A stretch of 64,000 bases of DNA from Spirochaetota bacterium (GTDB lineage: Bacteria > Spirochaetota > UBA12135 > COTS27 > CBDBHE01), in NCBI GenBank assembly GCA_965205605.1, contig CBDBHE010000006.1, positions 128,001 through 192,000 of the forward strand. Reading direction: 5' to 3'. Numbering within the stretch: position 1 is the first letter of the stretch; every line of letters starts with the position of its first letter. The position numbers and the translations under genes are program-made. The notes beneath the pieces are model-generated. The model was not told where the DNA came from, searched no databases, and saw nothing but the letters and a program-made list of their open reading frames with translations. Shown in pieces: positions 37,593 to 46,578 of the stretch.

Positions 37593-38951
37593 TTATTCTG
37601 GAAAAATTTGATTACCTGCCTTTAGGTCAGAAACAACCGATATATCTTTTAAGGTTCTTTTTTGAGAAGGCCCATTTTCTAAATTAAGCACCCCTCTAGG
37701 GCAAACAGTAGAACACAACCCGCAACCTACGCAAGAAGATCTTACGATATTTTGTCCTCTTTGAGCGTACCATTTAACATCGATACCCATTTCACAATAA
37801 GTAGAACAATTGCCACAAGAAATACAAAGAGAACCATTAGTGGTGATTCGAAATCTTGAAAAAAACCGTTGTAAAACACCTAAAATAGCAGCTTGAGGGC
37901 ATCCAAATCGGCACCAAAGCCGTGTCCCAAAAATTGGATAAAATCCTGTCCCAACAACACCTGCAAAGACCATCCCAATCAAAGTCCCATAAACCATTCG
38001 AAATTCTTTTGATAAAGGACCAAAAATGGAGTTGGGTTTCATTAGATCAATCCATAAGAAAACGGTTGTCGTAATAATAAAAAGAAGCACGCTATAAATA
38101 CTAATTCTTTCTATTTTCCAAGAAATAAGCTTCTTAGAAGATAATTGTCTCCAAGGATCCCCAAGAGTATTGGCAAGGCCTCCACAACCACAAACCCAAG
38201 AACAATACCATCTTTTACCATAAAAATAAGTTAAAATAGGAACGGCAACAAAAGATAACGCAATCGACCAAGCGAGTAAAAAAATGCTTAATTTACCTGG
38301 ATGATTTAGCATATAATCAATATTACTTGGAAAAATGTCTTGATAACTTAAAGGCCAAAAATAATTTACGTATTTTTGAGGTTCTTTTAAAAAAACTAAA
38401 ATAGCTGGGATTAAATAAGCAAAAATAGATTGAAAAAAGATAACTGATAAGGTTCTAATAATTTGATAAGCACTGTGTCGATATTTTACGATTGCCCTAA
38501 TTCCCATCATGAAAATTAAAAAAGTATACAGAGAGCCATATAAGAAATATTGATCAGACCCCCTCCCTCTTAAAGAGTAAGAGAAAGCATCTGTCATTTT
38601 AATCAGATGTTTTAAAGTAAAAGGGAACCAATACATTAAAATATAAAACCCGGTTAAAAAAAGACACAGCATCCAAGCAAAGGCACCTCGGTGAGTTAAA
38701 AAAGATGTGGTAATGTTATCATTTTTAACCCCCGCAGGAGTTTTTAAGTAATGTTTTAAAATATAAATAAGAGCCCCTACACTTATAAAACTAAGGCTTA
38801 AACCAAAAAAAAGTTTTGGTTGATGACTGCCTCCACCAAAAGCACCAATAAAAAATAAAAAAACCCCAATAGAAAAAATAAAAAGACCACTTTTTTCTAT
38901 AAAGCCTAAAGAATAATCTTTAATAAGACTAGTTGAATCATTTGTATTCAT
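37593..38951 (-). CDS. Polytopic membrane 4Fe-4S binding protein (NapH/YccM-like polyferredoxin)
   Basis: Many TM helices; RWYCSWVCGCG, RLWCRFGCP, CISCGNCSTYC, CVGCGLCSTVCP. Confidence 0.88.
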   Translation of the reverse strand: MNTNDSTSLIKDYSLGFIEKSGLFIFSIGVFLFFIGAFGGGSHQPKLFFGLSLSFISVGALIYILKHYLKTPAGVKNDNITTSFLTHRGAFAWMLCLFLTGFYILMYWFPFTLKHLIKMTDAFSYSLRGRGSDQYFLYGSLYTFLIFMMGIRAIVKYRHSAYQIIRTLSVIFFQSIFAYLIPAILVFLKEPQKYVNYFWPLSYQDIFPSNIDYMLNHPGKLSIFLLAWSIALSFVAVPILTYFYGKRWYCSWVCGCGGLANTLGDPWRQLSSKKLISWKIERISIYSVLLFIITTTVFLWIDLMKPNSIFGPLSKEFRMVYGTLIGMVFAGVVGTGFYPIFGTRLWCRFGCPQAAILGVLQRFFSRFRITTNGSLCISCGNCSTYCEMGIDVKWYAQRGQNIVRSSCVGCGLCSTVCPRGVLNLENGPSQKRTLKDISVVSDLKAGNQIFPE

Positions 38952-38980
38952 TTTTAATTAAAACTCCTTGTATTGTGTTA

Positions 38981-40348
38981 TTAATTTCTACTTTGAAAGA
39001 TAGGGAATAATCCTTTTTTTGATTTTAATTTGATTGGATTTTCTTTGTGCAGGTTATTGTAAACATTAAGAACGTTTTTTTCAAAACTTTTATAAAATTC
39101 TGGATCAAAATTAACTTGCCCTAAATGAGCTAGAACATGAGAGAGCTTTTGTTTTTCGTGAATCCATTTTTCACATATTTGGTGTCTCCCTCGAATCCCT
39201 AAAAAATTAAAACCGATAACAGTTTGATTTGACTTTAAGTAGTTGATACGAATGCATCGTTGTCCATTAGGATCTTCCCAATAAATACTGGCTTCATTTT
39301 TTGGGTTTTTGTTTAAAATCATCCCATAAGTTTGATATTCAATATTAAAAAATTTAGCTGAATTAAACCAAATACCAGGAGAATAAAGGGTTTTTTCAAG
39401 AGTAATACTTCTGGCGACACATTCCCCTTGCATTTTTCCAGTATACCACAAAGGTTCACTTGGTTTTCGATTAGGGCTTGGCTTTTTTAAAGCAGAACAG
39501 TCCCCAATCGCATACACATCCTCCATGTTTGTTTGCATATAATCATTAACAAGAATTCCTTTTTTATCAATTTCAAGATCACTATCTTTTAAAAAATCAA
39601 CATTAGCTCTCACTCCTATAGTAATTCCTAAAAAATCACAAGGGATTTCTTCACCTTTAGTGGTAATAATAGCTCTGACTTGTCCTTGTTGATTAGATAA
39701 GATTTCTTTTAATTCTGTTTCAGTTTTAAGGTGAACATGGTGTCTTTTGATTTCTCGGGTAATAAGCTTTGCTTCTTCTTCAGGTAGGGTAGAGCTAAAA
39801 TACAAATGGCTGCGAATAAGAAAAGTGACTTTGATACCTCTAGACAAAAGCATTTCTGCCATTTCTACTCCAATAAGCCCTCCTCCAACAATGACTGCTT
39901 TTTTAATATTTTTAGTATTTTTTTCCATCTGCTCAAGCGATTGATAACTATAAAGTCCTTGGATGCCTTTTGATTCTTTTCCAGGCCAATTTAAAAAAAT
40001 AGGGATTGACCCTGTCGCTAAAATTAAAATATCATAATTCATTTCTTTTTCTTTAGATTTTTTTAAATGAAGTGTTTTATTTGAAAAATTGATTTTTTCT
40101 ACGTAAGCTTTAAGTAAGTTAATTTTATTTTTTTTCCAAAACCAATCTTCATAAGGTTTTGTTTGTTCATAAGTCAAATGCCCCATATAAATGTACATTA
40201 GAGCGGTTCTTGAGAAAAAGTGATCGGTTTCGTTTGAGATAATCGTAATGGTGTGCTTAGAATATTTTCTAATATATCGGGCAGCGGTAATGCCTGAAAT
40301 CCCATTTCCTATAATAACAATGTTTTTTTTAGTATTCACTTTGATCAT
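38981..40348 (-). CDS. NAD(P)/FAD-dependent pyridine nucleotide-disulfide oxidoreductase family protein
   Basis: IIGNGISG, LATGS, IVGGGLIGVE.AE, YAIGDC. Confidence 0.9.
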   Translation of the reverse strand: MIKVNTKKNIVIIGNGISGITAARYIRKYSKHTITIISNETDHFFSRTALMYIYMGHLTYEQTKPYEDWFWKKNKINLLKAYVEKINFSNKTLHLKKSKEKEMNYDILILATGSIPIFLNWPGKESKGIQGLYSYQSLEQMEKNTKNIKKAVIVGGGLIGVEMAEMLLSRGIKVTFLIRSHLYFSSTLPEEEAKLITREIKRHHVHLKTETELKEILSNQQGQVRAIITTKGEEIPCDFLGITIGVRANVDFLKDSDLEIDKKGILVNDYMQTNMEDVYAIGDCSALKKPSPNRKPSEPLWYTGKMQGECVARSITLEKTLYSPGIWFNSAKFFNIEYQTYGMILNKNPKNEASIYWEDPNGQRCIRINYLKSNQTVIGFNFLGIRGRHQICEKWIHEKQKLSHVLAHLGQVNFDPEFYKSFEKNVLNVYNNLHKENPIKLKSKKGLFPIFQSRN

Positions 40349-40536
40349 AACCCTTCAATATTAATAATGCTTTAAATTATAATCTAAAATTTGACTTTTT
40401 TTTCAAAAAGTAAAGTGAAATAAAAATAATCCCAAAAATTACAAATAACTAATAAAGAAGTCTTTTTAAATTTTAAAAAATAGGTTACTTTTTAAGTAAC
40501 TCTTATAAGTTTCAGGATTATTTTTATTTAAGTCAA

Positions 40537-41601
40537 ATGAAATCTAAAAAAAAAATTAAAAAATGGGGAAATTGGGAAAAAATTTCTTCTTTTAAAAAAA
40601 ATAAAAAAGATTCAAAACAAAAAGAGGAAAAAAACAATCAAGGAAAAATCGTTAAAAACTATGATGTGACTAAACTTGATAAGATTAATCTTAAAGCTAT
40701 TAAAGAAAAATATTCCCAAGTTTACTCAAAACAAGTCTCTAAAATCAATGAAATCAAAGCCCCAAAAATATGTTATTTTTGTGGTGTGAGTATTCAAAAA
40801 GAAAGTTTTTTTGTTTTTATTCCTCAAGAAAAAGAAATTTGTCGTGCTTGTTTGCAAACAAAAAATCAATGTAAAAATTGTGGTGTTTTAATTGCGTCTT
40901 TGCAAGTAAAAGGAATGGACCAAAAATATTGTGTTTATTGTAAGCCTCAAACAAAATGTTCGGCTTCTAATAAGAGCTTATTAATTAGCGAAGGAAGTCG
41001 ATTAGAAGGAACTTGTGGTTTTTTTTCTAAAGAAGCCCTTTCGAGAGGAAAAAAATGTTTTTTTTGTCAATTTCCTGCTTTTGAGATATTTTCAAAAGAT
41101 TCCAAAAATCCTTTTCTTTGTTTAAAATGTTCGTCAACTCTTTTAAAAAATGAATCAGATTTTCATTCAGTGCATTTAGACATTACTTCTTTTCTTAGAA
41201 GATATCAGCCGAGACGACTGAGGGCTACTTTTAAGATGCGATTTGTTCTTTTTAAAGCAGATTCTTTAAATTTTTTCAAAAAAGAAAATCGTTTATTTTG
41301 GGTGATAACACCGATGCCCAAACTATTTTTTATCGAATCTTTTTTAATGCATTATTTAAAAGATATTATTTGTCCTTATTATTTGTCTTTAAGAGAACGT
41401 GATCAAAAATTATTTTTTCAATTTGTGTGTTTTATTTTTTATCAATTTAAAGGATATTTACTTGAAAGTCTTAGGGTGAAAAAACAAGCTTTTAGAGGAA
41501 ATGGTTTTGGAGATGCTTTTAGAAATTATTACTTAATGTTAGAAGAAAGTGGCATTAAGAAAACATTAGATGTTCTTTTAAATGATTTGAAAGTAAGTTG
41601 A
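40537..41601 (+). CDS. Multi-CxxC zinc-finger protein with a DA1-like C-terminal domain
   Basis: CYFC, CRAC, CKNC, CVYC, CFFC, CLKC; C-terminal FGDAFR.....EESG. Confidence 0.6.
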   Translation: MKSKKKIKKWGNWEKISSFKKNKKDSKQKEEKNNQGKIVKNYDVTKLDKINLKAIKEKYSQVYSKQVSKINEIKAPKICYFCGVSIQKESFFVFIPQEKEICRACLQTKNQCKNCGVLIASLQVKGMDQKYCVYCKPQTKCSASNKSLLISEGSRLEGTCGFFSKEALSRGKKCFFCQFPAFEIFSKDSKNPFLCLKCSSTLLKNESDFHSVHLDITSFLRRYQPRRLRATFKMRFVLFKADSLNFFKKENRLFWVITPMPKLFFIESFLMHYLKDIICPYYLSLRERDQKLFFQFVCFIFYQFKGYLLESLRVKKQAFRGNGFGDAFRNYYLMLEESGIKKTLDVLLNDLKVS

Positions 41602-41635
41602 AATTAAAAATTAATATTGTTTTAGAAAAAAAATA

Positions 41636-42601
41636 TTAATTTTTTAATTGAGGAATAAGGGATAAATTAGTAAAATCATTTTTATAAAAGGCTTGAATAT
41701 TTTCGATTGTCTTTTGAGCCATTTTTTCATTTGCACAAGCAGTATGAGCGGAAATATGGGGGGTTAAAATTACGTTAGGCAAGGTTCTAAAATCGATTTC
41801 TTTTTTAGAGGAGTAGGGTTCGGTTTTAAAAACATCTAAAGCGGCAGCAGCTATTTTTTTTTCTTTTAAAAAGTAAAAAAGAGCTTTTTCATCAATGACG
41901 TTGCCTCTACTGGTATTAATGAGAAAAGCTTTTTTTTTCATTTTTTTTAAAGTTATTTTATTAATCATATGAGTTGTCTGAGTGGTTAGAGGGACATGAA
42001 TTGAAACAATATCACTATTAGAAAGACAGTCTTCTAAATTGTTATAAAAAAAATCGACCCATTTGATTTGTTTGGCGTCTTTAGGGGGGGTTTTTGTGTA
42101 GACGATGACCTTCATATTTAAGGCTTGTTTGACTACTTTAGAGAGGTGTTTACCGATATTACCAAATCCGATAATTCCAATTGTTTTATCTTTAAGCTCA
42201 ATGCCTTCGATGCGGTCCCAGTGACCGCTGATGATATTTTGATGAGAGTGGAGGATGTTTCTAGCTAAAGAAAGCATAAGTGCTAAAACATGTTCGGTGA
42301 CTGAGTTTTTTAAAATACTAGGAGTATTGGCTACTAAGATATTTTTTTTTAAACAAAGATCAATTGGGATATTGTTATACCCTGTGCCAAAACGAGCGAT
42401 CAAAATCCTTTGTGGAAGAGAAGAGAAAAAGCGTTTACTAAAAGGTCTTGAATCAATAACAATGCATTTAGTTTGATGTTTTTTTAATTTATTTAAGAGG
42501 TCTTCTTCGTCTCTTTTGGAAGAAGAAATGAAGTTGATGGTTGAATTTTTAAAAGTATTTTTGGCTCTTTGATAGAGTTTTTCTTGAATAATGGCTTTCA
42601 C
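41636..42601 (-). CDS. D-isomer-specific 2-hydroxyacid dehydrogenase (SerA-like, no ACT domain)
   Basis: RFGTGYNNI, GIIGFGNIG, HVPLT, INTSRG, ALDVF..EP, TPHISA; start re-assigned to GTG 42601 (GTGA overlap with the DUF368 stop). Confidence 0.88.
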   Translation of the reverse strand: MKAIIQEKLYQRAKNTFKNSTINFISSSKRDEEDLLNKLKKHQTKCIVIDSRPFSKRFFSSLPQRILIARFGTGYNNIPIDLCLKKNILVANTPSILKNSVTEHVLALMLSLARNILHSHQNIISGHWDRIEGIELKDKTIGIIGFGNIGKHLSKVVKQALNMKVIVYTKTPPKDAKQIKWVDFFYNNLEDCLSNSDIVSIHVPLTTQTTHMINKITLKKMKKKAFLINTSRGNVIDEKALFYFLKEKKIAAAALDVFKTEPYSSKKEIDFRTLPNVILTPHISAHTACANEKMAQKTIENIQAFYKNDFTNLSLIPQLKN

Positions 42602-43539
42602 GTTTTGATTTTTTTGGAAACAATTTCGATGATCCAAGGAATAAAAAATCCGATAATAATAAAAACAAAGGCAATAGAAACGAGAGATTTTTCTCCCGTT
42701 AAAGCAGTGAACTTCGAAGGGGAGAGGAATTGTTCGACTAAAGATTGGTGATGTTTTTGATGCTCAATGGCTGCTTTCCATGGCCAAAGTTTGTTAAGAG
42801 AGCCCATCATAAAACCAGAGAGAATAGATAAAGTAGGATTCTTTGCTTTTTTTAACATCCAAGAAATCAGTTTTGAAAAACTAAGCAACCCTGAAAGGCA
42901 ACCTAAAGCAAAAGTAATGATAATAGGAAAGTGATGATTTTTAATGGCAAGTAAAATAAACTCATACTTATTCATAATCAGTAGTAAAAAACTACCCGAA
43001 ATACCAGGAAGCATCATCGCACAAATAGCAATAAATCCTGCTATGAAAATAAAAAAAGTTGTATTAGGTGTTGTAAAAGAAGAAAGGTTCGTGATTAAGT
43101 ACCCCATAGCGATGCCAATGAATAGATAAAAAAAGTATATCCATTTTGAAAAAGAGGTTTGCTTTAAAATAAAAATAGCTGAAGAAAAAATGAGGCCTAA
43201 AAAAAAAGACCATAAAGCAATCGGATAATGCTCTATTAAGTACAAGATTAGATTAGAAAGACTCCACAAACTAAAGAGAATTCCTAAAAAAACAGTGAAT
43301 AAAAAATAAAAATTAAATTCTTGTAAACAATCTTTAATTCCTTTGTTTTTTAGTGTTATTAATAAAGAAAATCGAATCGATTTTAAAGAATCAATCCATT
43401 CTTTGTAAATCCCTGTGATTAAAGCAACGGTTGCTCCTGAAATACCTGGAACAATATCGGCAATGCCCATAAAAATCCCTTTTACAAAAAGAAGCAAATA
43501 GTTTAAAAAAAAAATTCTTCTAGATTTGGAAAGAATCAT
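42598..43539 (-). CDS. DUF368 membrane protein (undecaprenyl-phosphate translocase family)
   Basis: MGIADIVPGISGATVA and AMMLPGISGS internal repeats; GSL.KLWPW. Confidence 0.9.
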   Translation of the reverse strand: MILSKSRRIFFLNYLLLFVKGIFMGIADIVPGISGATVALITGIYKEWIDSLKSIRFSLLITLKNKGIKDCLQEFNFYFLFTVFLGILFSLWSLSNLILYLIEHYPIALWSFFLGLIFSSAIFILKQTSFSKWIYFFYLFIGIAMGYLITNLSSFTTPNTTFFIFIAGFIAICAMMLPGISGSFLLLIMNKYEFILLAIKNHHFPIIITFALGCLSGLLSFSKLISWMLKKAKNPTLSILSGFMMGSLNKLWPWKAAIEHQKHHQSLVEQFLSPSKFTALTGEKSLVSIAFVFIIIGFFIPWIIEIVSKKIKT

Positions 43540-43680
43540 TGAAATCGATGTATTTTGAGAAAAAAAGTAAGAAAAATTATAACATTAAGCAAATCATTTT
43601 GGTAGTGGTTTAAAAGAGTATCATTTATTAATAAATTAAGTATAATTAAAAGTTTATTATTTAAAAAAAAGGAACCTATT

Positions 43681-45171
43681 ATGAAATTAAAAGCACATCA
43701 TCAACTTTCAGAGCATATAGAAAATCAAGTTTTTTTTACTTATGAAGGGCCAAAAGCAAATCAGTTTAAGGTTTTTTGTGAAGAGAGATTGATTTACAAT
43801 ATGATCTACCCTTTATATGTTGCAGGAGATTATGGAACAGAAAATTTTGAAGTCTTTACCTTGCATCAAGAAGGTCGCTTTAAAAGAATCAGTTTTCTTC
43901 ATTTTCTTTTTAAAGAAGATAAAAAAATAGAGGCTAGTGATTTTAGAAAAGCTTCTCATGCACTTGTTAATAAAATTAGAGCAACAAAGCATTTGGAAAT
44001 TAATCTTATAGTTGGTGAAGAGATGGAGAAGCTGTTTTCTTTGCCATTAAAAGAAATGGTTAAAGGACTAGGGGAAGGTTTCTTTTTATCGAGTTATTCT
44101 TTTAATAAGTATCAGAAAGAAGAAAAGAAAAGAAAAAAAATTAATAAGGTAACATTTATTACTAAAGAAAAAGAAATCAAAAAAGTTGTTTTAGAAACGG
44201 AGCTTGTTTGTCAGACGGTTTCTTCTGTAAGAGATTGGGTGAATGAACCAAGTAATCACTTTAATGTTAAAGAATTTTCAAAAACAGTTATTGATGAAGC
44301 TAAAAAAAACAAAGTAGCTTATCAAGTCATGGGAAAAAGTGAGATTAAAAAATTAAAAATGGGAGGGTTGCTAGCAGTGAATGCAGGATCTTCACAGCCT
44401 GCTCAAATACTTACCTTAGAACATGGACTTACAAAATATAAAACAAATAAAAAAATACTTTTAGTGGGTAAAGGAGTTGTTTTCGATACAGGGGGGATTT
44501 CGCTTAAACCTTCTTTGGGGATGGGAGAGATGAAAATGGATATGGCTGGGGGAGCGTGTGTACTGGGCACTGTGATGGCGGCAAAAAAATTAGATCTTAA
44601 TGTTAGTTTGATTGGCATGGTGCCTATGACTGACAATAAGCCAGGATCTTTAGCGATTAATCCAGGGGATGTGGTGAAGATGCATAATGGAGTGAGTGTA
44701 GAAATTGATAATACAGATGCAGAAGGAAGGTTAATATTAGCCGATACACTTGCTTATGGGATTAAAAAATATAAACCAAATATTGTTATTGACGTAGCAA
44801 CTTTGACAGGAGCTTGTATTATTGCTTTAGGAAATCATAGGGCGGGACTTTTTTCAAATGAGGTTTCACTCGCTGAAGAATTGTTAAAGGCAAGTATGAT
44901 GGCTGGAGAAAAACTTTGGGAACTTCCTCTGGATGAAGAGTATTTTGAACAAATAAAATCTGATGTAGCGGATATTAGAAATGTAGGGGGTAGAGAAGCA
45001 GGAGCTGTTACAGCGGCAAAATTTTTAGAAAGGTTTGTTGATAAGGTTTCTTGGGCTCATTTAGATATTGCAGGAACGGCTTTTTTAGAAAAACCTTTTT
45101 TCTATTGGCGAAAAGGGGCTACTGGCTTTGGGGTTCGTCTTTTAATTGAGTATTTAAAAAAATTATCTTAG
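43681..45171 (+). CDS. pepA: Leucyl aminopeptidase (M17)
   Basis: VGKGVVFDTGG..LK, MKMDM.G, NTDAEGRL, ATLTGA, HLDIAG. Confidence 0.95.
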   Translation: MKLKAHHQLSEHIENQVFFTYEGPKANQFKVFCEERLIYNMIYPLYVAGDYGTENFEVFTLHQEGRFKRISFLHFLFKEDKKIEASDFRKASHALVNKIRATKHLEINLIVGEEMEKLFSLPLKEMVKGLGEGFFLSSYSFNKYQKEEKKRKKINKVTFITKEKEIKKVVLETELVCQTVSSVRDWVNEPSNHFNVKEFSKTVIDEAKKNKVAYQVMGKSEIKKLKMGGLLAVNAGSSQPAQILTLEHGLTKYKTNKKILLVGKGVVFDTGGISLKPSLGMGEMKMDMAGGACVLGTVMAAKKLDLNVSLIGMVPMTDNKPGSLAINPGDVVKMHNGVSVEIDNTDAEGRLILADTLAYGIKKYKPNIVIDVATLTGACIIALGNHRAGLFSNEVSLAEELLKASMMAGEKLWELPLDEEYFEQIKSDVADIRNVGGREAGAVTAAKFLERFVDKVSWAHLDIAGTAFLEKPFFYWRKGATGFGVRLLIEYLKKLS

Positions 45172-45181
45172 TTGTTTTTTA

Positions 45182-46426
45182 GTGACTTTTGATTCCTCTT
45201 TTTTAAAAAAAGAAGGGCATGGGCCTATTGAAAATGCGATTAAAATCATTGGTATTGGCAAAAAACGTCTTTTATCTTTAGAAAAAGAACTTGTTTTTAA
45301 AGTCATCCAAGCAATCGAAAAAAAACCACTACAAGCTGTTTTAGAAGGTGCTTTGGTGGGATGTCTACTTTGTAAAGAATTAAATCCTTCCGAAAAAGAG
45401 CTTTTAGGTGTTTTAGGGTTTAAAGGAAATTTTTCCCTAGAAGACATCGCTTATCATTTTTGTAACGAAGCCTCTAAAGATATTTTTCAAATCACCCTTA
45501 AATTACTAAAAAAACAAACCCTCCTTAAAGAAGAAGCTTTTCTTTTAGGAGAATATTTATTTTCAAAAAATTGTTCTCAAAAATTTATAGGGTTTATCTG
45601 TATGGTTTTAAGGATTCGTTATGAAACCATAGAAGAGTTTACAGGGCTTTTACAAGCTTTAGAAGCTTCTTTACGAAATTCTTTTAAAAAAAATATTTTT
45701 CAAAAACCTTTTATTCAATGGGCAGAACCAATGGATGGATTTAATAAATCTTATGTACTTTCTCCTCTTTTAAGAAATCATTTTTTAGATAAAAGGTATG
45801 AATCTCTTTTTCTTTGCTGTGAGAGTAGTGGCCCTAAAGAGGGTCTTAATTTAAAAAAAATTGGAGTTTCTTTAGGGATTTCTTTTGTGAAAGAACCACA
45901 AGATTTTTTGAGAAAAATAAATTGGGGCTATTTTGTTGATTTAGAAAATTTGTATCCATCTTTTAGCAAGTGGATTTTTTTGAGAAGAAGTTTAATAAAA
46001 CGACCTTTTTTAGCAACCCTTGAAAAGCTTTTAAATCCTTTTGGAGCTGATATTGTTGTTGCATCTGCTTTTCATGGTCCGTATATGGAAAAAATGGTTT
46101 CCATTGCAGAAGCAAGAAGATACCAAGCTTGTATGATTTCTAAGTGGGGAAATGAGGGGGGATTAATGAGTCGAGGGAATCGATCTATTGAACTGCTTTG
46201 TTCGGTTAAAACAAATGGAGGTTATAAAAGAAAGCTTATTAAGTCTAAAGTAATCAATTCTAAAGTTAAAAAAGATGAGAATTTTGATGGTTCTTTAGAA
46301 TTTAATAAATCTTTAATTTTAAATTATCTTAAAAAAGGAACCATGGGTATTTCGTTTTGGGATGACTTATTTCAAGTTTCTTTGGAAGTGTATTTAGAAG
46401 GACTTGATTTTATTCAATCAAAATAA
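45182..46426 (+). CDS. Anthranilate phosphoribosyltransferase-like (TrpD/YbiB-related) protein of unknown function
   Basis: IGIGKK..L N-terminal motif, LRIRYET..E, EPMDG, GPK.G, KRP.LAT.EK, FH.PY; GTG start. Confidence 0.6.
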   Translation: MTFDSSFLKKEGHGPIENAIKIIGIGKKRLLSLEKELVFKVIQAIEKKPLQAVLEGALVGCLLCKELNPSEKELLGVLGFKGNFSLEDIAYHFCNEASKDIFQITLKLLKKQTLLKEEAFLLGEYLFSKNCSQKFIGFICMVLRIRYETIEEFTGLLQALEASLRNSFKKNIFQKPFIQWAEPMDGFNKSYVLSPLLRNHFLDKRYESLFLCCESSGPKEGLNLKKIGVSLGISFVKEPQDFLRKINWGYFVDLENLYPSFSKWIFLRRSLIKRPFLATLEKLLNPFGADIVVASAFHGPYMEKMVSIAEARRYQACMISKWGNEGGLMSRGNRSIELLCSVKTNGGYKRKLIKSKVINSKVKKDENFDGSLEFNKSLILNYLKKGTMGISFWDDLFQVSLEVYLEGLDFIQSK

Positions 46427-46528
46427 AAAAATTAAAAATTTATTAAAAATTCGCTTCTTTTTTAAAAGTTAATTAAAAAATACTAAATTCCGATGAAATT
46501 AATAAAAGAGCTAACAAAAGAGCTGATC

Positions 46529-46562
46529 TTTGATTTATACTAGGTAGTAGCTATAAATCAAA
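46529..46562. promoter_or_regulatory. Inverted repeat in the leader of the 844-aa gene
   Basis: TTTGATTTATA-12 nt-TATAAATCAAA, 16 nt before ATG 46579. Confidence 0.45.
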
Positions 46563-46578
46563 CTTTAAGGAATTTAAT

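Noticed and set aside
38981-40348. Flavoprotein as the bacillithiol disulfide reductase (Bdr/YpdA)
   Set aside because: Length (455 aa) and motifs fit NADH oxidase/ferredoxin-reductase-like proteins, not the roughly 330-aa TrxB-like YpdA; it is not linked to the bsh genes
46463-46497. Possible sigma28 promoter (TAAA...TCCGATGA)
   Set aside because: TAAA-to--10 spacing does not fit the consensus, and TAAA is ubiquitous at this AT content
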